A stretch of DNA of 7,508 nt. It comes from Salpingoeca rosetta. Its lineage: Eukaryota > Protista > Choanoflagellata. Shown piece by piece: positions 1 to 7,070 of this stretch; positions within the stretch are counted from its first letter, which is position 1, and each line of letters starts with the position of its first letter. The notes beneath the pieces were generated by a model. It saw only the letters and a program-made list of their open reading frames with translations. It was not told the origin of the DNA and ran no database searches. The position numbers were made by a program, and so were the translations under genes. The stretch spans positions 743,092-750,599 of the forward strand of contig JAWQFM010000027.1 of NCBI GenBank assembly GCA_033442325.1. The letters run 5' to 3'.

Positions 1-183
1 GGTAACCGCAACATCTCAACCTCCTCTTTTCATTGTCATCACCACCACCCATCATCGTCGTCGTCGTTTGGCGCACTTTGAAGCGGCTCCCGACATCACA
101 AATTTTTCAGTCACCGTTGCGCGCATGCGGCTGTCGATTTGGCATTCACCACTCAACGCTCTCACGTTGACAAAACCGCGACC
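1..183 (+). promoter_or_regulatory. Putative promoter/5'UTR of the + gene
   Basis: Lies immediately upstream of ATG 184, is CpG-rich and lacks CA/GT microsatellites. Contains TTTGGCGC (67..74), TTTGAA (77..82) and GCGCATGCG (121..129). Confidence 0.35.
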
Positions 184-260
184 ATGAACGCCGCAGCTGC
201 AACTATCGAGGATGGGCAGATGAACGCGCCCCCACACGTGCCAACGCCTGCCGTGAGCAC
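184..260 (+). CDS. Exon 1 of + gene (MNAAAATIEDGQMNAPPHVPTPAVS)
   Basis: ATG at 184; strong donor AC|GTAAGC at 260/261; phase matches exon 2. Confidence 0.65.
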
Positions 261-2453
261 GTAAGCGGCAATCCGTGCATGCGCTGTTGTTCTGTCCACG
301 AGTAAGCGTTTCTGTGTGTGGATGTAGGATTTGGTCATCGTTGTGCAGCAGCTGTTGTTGTTGTTGTTGCGACTGTTGCGCATCTAAAAGCGCTTTCCCA
401 CACTGGCCGCTGTTGTGCATGCCCATCTGGTGTCCACATCACCGCCTGCTCACATCGCCATCTGCTTGCAGCACCAGGAACAAGCGGCGGTGGGATTCCA
501 GCGACTCCAGTGATTCCAGTGACACCAGCAGTGACACCAGCAGTGACACCAGCAGTGACTCGAGTGACGATGAGGTGCGCAACCAAAGCCTGCATGTCAC
601 GCCCAATGTATGTGTGTGTGTGTGTGTATTTACGCCCAATGTATGTGTGTGTGTGTGTATTTACGCGCATGAGTGTGCGTGTGCGTGTGTGTGCATTTAC
701 GTGCATGAGTGTGAGCGAGTGGAGTGACAGTGCGATGAAAGATGACACTGAGAAACGACAACAACATCAAGTCCACGTCTCGCATTCTCAACAAATGTGA
801 ACGCCCAGGACCACACGAACACACCACAAACTACATCCAACCACACCCCAATCGCATGATCGCATGCACATCTGTGTCTCACATACCTTGCATTCGCGCT
901 GTCACCTCGCTAGCACACCCGCCGTCGCAGGCGCAAGAAGAAGTCCAGGCAGTCAAGAAAGAAGTCCAGGAAATCCAGGAAGAAGCAGAAAAAGAAGTCC
1001 AACAAGAAGTCCAAGAAGACGAAGAAGAAGAAGACGAAGGGCAGGCACCGGAGCGTGCAGAACAAGAAGCGCGCTGCCCTGCGTCATGCTGTTGCCGCCG
1101 AGTACAGCTCGTCCTCCAGCCGCGTGCACACCACCGCCCCCATGCGCCCACCTCGCCCCGCCGCTGTTAACCAGCACAATCTCATGCGGATGCCAATGCA
1201 AGCTCCAATGCAAGCGCCCATGCACATGCACGCTCCCAAGCAAGCACCGATGCCAATGCACGTGCCAATGCATGTGCCAATGCAAGCCAGCCGCGTCCAC
1301 ACGGCTGTCCCCATGCGACCACCTCCTCACTTCTCTGCCGGCACTGTCAACCAGCGCAATTCCATGCCGATGCCCATGCAAACGCCAATGCCAGCGTCGT
1401 TGCAGGCGTCAATGTGCATGCCAATGGCAATGCAGGTGCAGGGGCACTTGTACGGCAGCACCAGTCACGCGGTCCGTGCAGGCTTCACTCCTGTCACCAC
1501 AGCCACCCACAACACGAGCTCCAGTTATGTGCGTGCCGCCGCTGTCACTGCTAACCACACCAGCAACCACACCAGCTCAGCTTTCGTGCCAGCTCCCACA
1601 GCCAACCGTGGTTACGTGCCTGCTGCTGTCGCCCCAGGCCCCATCACCGCCACCATCACGACGACGACGTTCAACAAGAACGGGCGCAGTTCCAAGGGGA
1701 CGAATGCGAGCGCTGGACAGCAGCTTGATCGCAGCAACGGCGCCGCCAAAGCCAAGGTCAGCCTGACACACACATGCACGCACATGCACGCACACGCACA
1801 CACTAACACACAAACACAGGGGTATGTGGTGTCAGTGTGAGCAAAGTTGCAACGAGGTCAAGTCAGACACAATCGCACACTGCGCCCGCACACATACACA
1901 CACACACACAAACACACACACAACTGCAAACACAACAAAACCCAAAGCACGTGTGCTGCACTCCACACTCACATCGCACCTGCTTGCGCGTGGATGTCAC
2001 CAGGCTGGCCGTTTCTGCCACAAAGACGATGGTGGACAGCAGTGCAAGCACGTGCAGCCGGCACCACCACCAGCCACAACAGACGCCCTGCTCGAGATAG
2101 TGTTCGCTGGCAACCTTGGTGGCGGCCGTGCCGACTTCATGTGCTCAGACGGCCATGCTGAGACAGCGACGATGCTTGAGCTCTTCGCAGCCGCGCTGGC
2201 AGAGTCACAGGGCACAGAGGCTGTCCCAGACCACCAACACCACCGGCCCAACACGCTTGTAGATGTGCACATGAGGAACGCACTGCTCGGCGATGCAGTG
2301 CGGTGCTCAAGCATGCGGCAGTGCATGGTTGAGCTGAAGGCGCGGGCTGCCATGTGGATGATGAATGTGTTGCAGCACATGCCACCAAGCACCACCAGCA
2401 AGAACAACGACGACGGCGACAGCGCCGATGGTGGCGACGTGCTGGTGGTGTGA
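184..2453 (+). CDS. Spliced 4-exon gene join(184..260,472..574,914..1756,2004..2453); 490-aa hypothetical low-complexity, probably nuclear protein
   Basis: ATG at 184 in ACCATG context. Introns 261..471 (GTAAGC...TTGCAG, phase 2), 575..913 (GTGCGC...CGCTAG, phase 0) and 1757..2003 (GTCAGC...CACCAG, phase 0) all preserve the frame. The 1473 nt give 491 codons with no internal stop and end at TGA 2451..2453. The introns hold the GT/CA/TTG microsatellites. No domain recognised. Confidence 0.75.
472..574 (+). CDS. Exon 2 of + gene; Ser/Asp-rich tract (RNKRRWDSSDSSDSSDTSSDTSSDTSSDSSDDE)
   Basis: Branch-like GCTCAC and acceptor TTGCAG| at 471; donor GAG|GTGCGC at 574/575. Confidence 0.75.
497..571 (+). 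repeat. Coding 9/12-nt tandem repeat (TCCAGYGAY / AGCAGTGACACC) encoding SSD/SSDT
   Basis: Read directly from the sequence. Confidence 0.9.
599..713. repeat. Compound minisatellite of ~31-36-nt units: ACGCCCAATGTA(TG)7-8TATTT x2, then two diverged ACGYGCATGAGTGTG units (the last partial)
   Basis: Units start at 599, 632, 663 and 699, inside intron 2 of the + gene. Confidence 0.85.
914..1756 (+). CDS. Exon 3 of + gene; Lys/Arg-rich tract, then Met/Pro/His repeats and a Thr/Ala-rich region
   Basis: Frame is open from 914 (the acceptor TAG 911..913 is the in-frame stop bounding the ORF) through the 1055..1840 ORF. Donor AAG|GTCAGC lies directly before CA repeats. Confidence 0.8.
1767..1923. 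repeat. Degenerate (CA)n tracts in intron 3 of the + gene
   Basis: CA-rich runs at about 1767..1818 and 1889..1923. Confidence 0.85.
2004..2453 (+). CDS. Terminal exon 4 of + gene (AGRFCHKDDGG...GGDVLVV*)
   Basis: Acceptor CACCAG| at 2003, phase 0, in frame with ORF 1824..2453; protein-like composition starts exactly at the acceptor. Confidence 0.75.
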   Translation, partial: AGRFCHKDDGGQQCKHVQPAPPPATTDALLEIVFAGNLGGGRADFMCSDGHAETATMLELFAAALAESQGTEAVPDHQHHRPNTLVDVHMRNALLGDAVRCSSMRQCMVELKARAAMWMMNVLQHMPPSTTSKNNDDGDSADGGDVLVV

Positions 2454-2968
2454 GGGAGAATCGAAGCGAGGAGGGAGGGGGCGGTGACGTGTTGGCTGAT
2501 GGTGCTGGTGGCGGTCAATGGCATTCCGTTGTGGTGGTTGGTGATTGCGATGAAGGGGTCCGAGAGGTGTGCATGCACGATGGGGTGTGTTCGCATGCCA
2601 CTTCCGGCATTCTTGTGCCTGTTGCTTGATGGCACATGTCGCTTGTCCGTCACTGTCGTCGCTGTTGTTGTCGGCATCGATGTCAACCGTTGCTGGTGCT
2701 GCTGCCGTGTGCGTGAATTGCGTGTGTGTTCGTGTGGGTGTTGTGGTTCTGCTGCAGTGCCACCACTGCTTCTCTGGGTGCAGATGCTCTTGTTTACTGC
2801 CGAGGTTGATGACCTTCATCTCGCTACTGCTGCCACTGCTGTCGGTGCGATTGTTGTCGTGGCTGTCGCTGTGCTGCTTTGTGTCACTCCGCGTCTTTCC
2901 ATTCAGCCAGTGGCGAATGTTGCAGGTGATTTGTGCTGCTTGTACATGTGTCGTCGTGTTCGCCGCAT
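2307..2968 (-). pseudogene. Last exon of - gene model, open frame (DAANTTTHVQAAQITCNIRHWLNGK...)
   Basis: Branch CTGAC and GAAG| acceptor at 2969; phase 1 matches the donor at 3280; coincides with ORF 2307..3245 downstream of the GT repeat. Confidence 0.55.
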
Positions 2969-3057
2969 CTTCCAATGGACAACAATGTGTCAGAACACGT
3001 GCATTCAGGGGATGCGGGGTGAGACGGTGTAGAGGAAGGTGGCACAACGCAACAGTG

Positions 3058-3085
3058 CACACACACACACACACACACACATACC

Positions 3086-3176
<91 letters not shown>
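3058..3176. repeat. (CA)n microsatellite: (CA)12, a short interruption, then perfect (CA)44 at 3088..3175; intronic
   Basis: Read directly from the sequence. Confidence 0.98.
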
Positions 3177-3179
<3 letters not shown>

Positions 3180-3604
3180 AACACACAAACACTGCTTTAA
3201 CCGAGTTATGTGTAGGACACAAGGACGAAAAAGGACAAAATTCACTCCTGGTCACCAACACGTCAACCGTCAACCTCACCTGTTGAAATATTGGGAAAGG
3301 CGGCGAACAGCAACAGGAACACATCACTGTCCTCCTCGCCCACAACAATCATCCACACCACCCACCGCCACCATGTAGGACGTGGCACAAGTGCCGCTTG
3401 CAGGGCTTTTCAGCCACCCTCAATCAGAAGTCCTGCCACACACGTAAGGAGCAGTGGACAGCGTGGCTTGGGTGCTGGTGTGGCGTGCGCGTGTGAATGC
3501 TGCCTGCGGTTCACGATTGCAAGCGTTATGGCATCTCTTGGCTGTAGTGGGCGGGGCTGTTGGTCTCATCATCTCACCACCTGTCTCGCCCTCCACAACT
3601 CACA

Positions 3605-3643
3605 CTGCTGCTGCTGTTGCTGTTGCTGCTGTTGCTGCTGCTG
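3605..3643 (-). repeat. CAG/CAA trinucleotide repeat (Q13)
   Basis: Read directly from the sequence. Confidence 0.92.
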
Positions 3644-3889
3644 TCACATTCAGCTTGCACCACCACCTTCATCTCCATCACCCATCAGACACGAGTGCCA
3701 ACAAGATCACGACGGCCACCAAGAAGTCGACGACGATGATGATGAAGGTGAAGGCGCCAGCGACGAAGAACGAGGCAGCGGCTCTGCTCCCGGCTGTTGC
3801 AGTTGAAAGGTGTTCGTCGCACCGCCAGCATCCCCATCATCGTCGTTATCAGCGTCACCAGCACCAAGCCATCATGACAATGGTGATGA

Positions 3890-3919
3890 TGGTGGTGGTG
3901 GTGGTGGTGGTGGTGGTGG
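3890..3919 (-). repeat. (CCA)10 trinucleotide repeat (P10)
   Basis: Read directly from the sequence. Confidence 0.92.
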
Positions 3920-4760
3920 AAGGCGTCCAGACAGCCCTTCAATACAGCGCAGCCATGACTGCCACCATTGGGCAAGTGCACTACGCAGTGGGCACTCGCA
4001 TCACTTCAAGCACGCACGTCGCTGCCATCTTCGTCTTCGCTCTGGTGAGGTAACAAACAAACAAACAAACAGCATGCATGCACGCATGACGATGATGATG
4101 GTGATGATGGTGGGTGTTGTCATGGAATGGCATGAGCAACAGGGGAAGGGAGTAGCGGTAATGAATGCTTTGATAGCAAAGCAGTGACTGGACGCGACAA
4201 CACATACACACACGCACGCTGGTGTCAGCCACGCCCGCACACACACACACACATTCACACATGCATTCACACGTGTGTGCATACTCACGTCTCTCGCCTG
4301 CATGTGGGCGATCCCATGATACGTGGTTTTCCCTGGTCGTCACCATCATCGCCACCACCACCATCACCAACCGCAACACCCATGACGCAGTATCAGCAAA
4401 CTGTCACCATCTCATCTCTTCGCAGTGACCGCAACACCGGATGGGACGATGCTGGTACAGATGTTCGCTCTGCCATTACCACCACCATCAGCAGCAGCAG
4501 CATCAGATGCACGATGGTGGTGATGAACCGCGCTCGTGTTGAGGTGGAGCTGCAGTGGGTCATGCACTTCCAATGACGCAACCCAAAGCCACCGCCCCCA
4601 TGGCAGTGACCACTACCACCATCACTATCACCGCATGTGTAAACCATCAACGCGTGTGCTGTCATCGTCACAACACTGCAGCCATGAAAGCGGTGATCCA
4701 AAGCACTCATGGTACCACCCCTGTCGTCTTCCTAATAGCCATCAGCCACACAGGCACGCG

Positions 4761-4793
4761 CTGCTGCTGCTGTTGTTGTTGCTGTTGCTGCTG
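4761..4793 (-). repeat. CAG/CAA trinucleotide repeat (Q11)
   Basis: Read directly from the sequence. Confidence 0.9.
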
Positions 4794-5163
4794 TCGTGAA
4801 AATACCTCTGCTCTCACACACATGTGCGCGTGTGCATGTCCTTGTAACCGCTGTAAACGCCACTGTGTCCCTGCGGTCACCACAATCGCGCTTGAGCATG
4901 CGTTGCTGCTGTCATGGTTGTTATGGTTCATGTCACGAGAACTCTACTCCATCTTCGTCTCCTCCTGCTGCTGCTGCTGTTGGTGCGTGTGGCGCTGTCG
5001 CGGTTGAGTCACCAACACATCCACACGTTCGTGCTGTGGCCGCAGTGCCCGCTCCTGCTTCAACACACACACGAACACACGCGCGAGAGAGTGTGAGTGA
5101 ACATTGGCACATTGCCGGTGCACACACGTGTGAGCGGTTGGGAGAAAGCAAGTGCTGATTGCA

Positions 5164-5166
<3 letters not shown>

Positions 5167-5260
<94 letters not shown>
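5167..5260. repeat. Perfect (GT)47 microsatellite; intronic
   Basis: Read directly from the sequence. Confidence 0.98.
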
Positions 5261-5262
<2 letters not shown>

Positions 5263-5799
5263 CGGTGTACAAGTGCTCGAACCTTGCAACGGTGGCTCAA
5301 AGGATGAGGCTGTGGGTAAGTAAGCAGGTGGGTGCGTGTGGGTGCGTGTTTGTGCTCGCGTGTGCGAGCGTATGCCGGGGTTATTCACATTCCTATTTCC
5401 GATTCGATGCCAAAATCAAACAAGCAAACGAGTTTGAGCACATCAAAATCGCTGACATTGCGCTACATGAAGGAATTTCATTGCCGTCGTGTGTCGCAAA
5501 CAGATGACGTGAACCCACAGACACACGAGCACACGAGAGCGGCATGGAGGATGTGTGTGCTGTGTGCGTTTCTGAAGAATGTGGATATGGGTGGAACAAT
5601 GGCATGATGCTGCTGTCCTCACCTCGTCGTTGCTGCTGGTGGTGGTGGTGGTCTATTCACGTCGGTCATGTCATGGGTGCTCTTGATGTCCTGTCGTGGA
5701 TCTTGAGTTTGAGGCGGAAACGATCGTAAGATCGCACGAGCACCCTTCCAGCCTTCCACCTCAGATGGGCCAAACACGCCACACTCACGCCACCCTAGC

Positions 5800-5802
<3 letters not shown>

Positions 5803-5838
<36 letters not shown>
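5803..5838 (-). repeat. Perfect (CAG)12 repeat
   Basis: Read directly from the sequence. Confidence 0.93.
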
Positions 5839-5841
<3 letters not shown>

Positions 5842-7015
5842 TGGCTCCATGCTCAGCTCTCGTGCTGGCTCCCTGGTGCGCACGAACCGGCTATTCCATC
5901 CTGGGATGAGGCTGTGGAGTGGCATTAGGTAGTAGTGGCTGGCGGTGGAGGTGCGGCTGGTGGCAGCAATTTGAGGGTTGACGCTGTCCACGCGCGCACA
6001 CACGCATACAGCACGACGGCAAGGCATGCTGTACGGCAATCGAATGTTGGTGAAAGGGGGAGAGGGCCGTGAGCAGGTACCTAGGTGCATTGATGGCGTG
6101 TGCGTATGTGTGTACATTAGTGTGTTGGTGAAAGCTTCAAGTGCCCGCTATCAACACATCAGGAAGACACCATGAAGACACAACACAAACTATCAATCAA
6201 CCAGCCAGTCACTACAATACATGAACATTGCCACATCGCCAGCATCCGCCACCAATAACAGCACGACTCACCTGGCATACACTGTGTAGGAAGGCGTGGT
6301 GGCCGTCTGCAGTGCACAAGACACCAACCAGCGTGATGACCGCGGTGACGACTTGATGGGGGAGGGGATTAATGCAGCATTCACGCCATGGCCCGGTCAG
6401 CGCAACATCAACGCATGACAGCGATTGCCAGTTGGTTGGAGGTGCTGTTCGGAAGTGGACTGAGTCACCATCATCACCGTCATCGCCCTGACGATCGAAC
6501 AAGCAAGCGTGTGAGGGCATGCACATGCGTGTGTGCGTGTGTGTGTGTGAGCGCATGCACGTGCGTGCGTGCTCTACTGGCGTTCTGTTTGCACAGAGAG
6601 AACACATGCATGATGGCACATTCACACACACACACACAAAACACTGACTTGCGTGGTTTCGGCGAGCTTCGAGGTCGCACCATTGACAAGAGGCCATGTC
6701 AGCCTGTGGCAGCCTCTGCACACGCTCTGTGTGGCAGTGCAAACGCCAATACAACAGCAACACTGAAACAACCACGGGCATCGCAGTTGCAGAGGCAAGG
6801 GTGAGGCTAAATTGCCACAGCACCATGTCCCGTCAACAAACATGCTTGCAAGCATGCAAGCAAGCATAGCATCGTGTCGCCTGTTCATGCTGCATGGCTT
6901 TTGATTGGGGTATTCTCACGAAAACACCCATGCCGCCAACGGCTATCAGTTCACACATCAAGCGCATCCACCGCAACCACCAATCAGAGAATCAGGGCTT
7001 CACGAGGACCGCACC

Positions 7016-7070
7016 ACTCACGCACACACACAACACGCAACACACACACACGCACACACACACGCACACA
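7016..7070. repeat. Degenerate (CA)n tract in intron 1 of the - gene model
   Basis: Read directly from the sequence. Confidence 0.8.

Larger units (their letters stand above)
3280..4041 (-). pseudogene. Exon 7 of - gene model (polyPro, DNDDDGDAGG, Ser-rich, Q13, IVVGEEDSDVFLLL) with 8 in-frame TGA
   Basis: Acceptor (TTTG)n..CTCACCAG| and donor CAG|GTGAGG. TGA codons start at 4003, 3874, 3709, 3652, 3646, 3571, 3568 and 3412; no TAA or TAG in 253 codons. Confidence 0.65.

Noticed and set aside
1-6. GGTAAC as the 3' half of an RFX X-box
   Set aside because: It is cut by the window edge and cannot be evaluated.
497-713. CRISPR-like array
   Set aside because: The repeats are tandem without unique spacers, and the context is eukaryotic.
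1183-1440. Met repeats as mutated Thr repeats (APTQAPT -> APMQAPM via ACG->ATG)
   Set aside because: Both copies of the internal duplication have ATG at the same positions and nearby CpGs are retained, so the Met codons likely predate the duplication.
864-1766. 300-aa RSPxR/Cys-rich ORF
   Set aside because: It is an alternative frame of exon 3; splice phases and synonymous differences in the internal duplication favour the Lys/Met-Pro frame.
2569-3378. Long ORFs with HTHTHT or VCVCVC runs (also 4933..5388, 4944..5300, 5097..5507 and 335..748)
   Set aside because: These are translations of (CA)n/(GT)n microsatellites, which lack stops in all frames and lie in introns.
3280-4041. Multi-selenocysteine selenoprotein
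   Set aside because: The TGAs lie in Arg-like low-complexity contexts together with excess Trp/Cys, TAG/TAA stops occur in upstream exons, and I could not identify a SECIS.
3291-5007. + strand ORFs with poly-Cys, poly-Leu or poly-Val (3291..3806, 3454..4053, 4555..5007), suggesting metallothionein-like or membrane proteins
   Set aside because: They are antisense readings of CAG/CCA repeats; the splice signals in this region point to the - strand.
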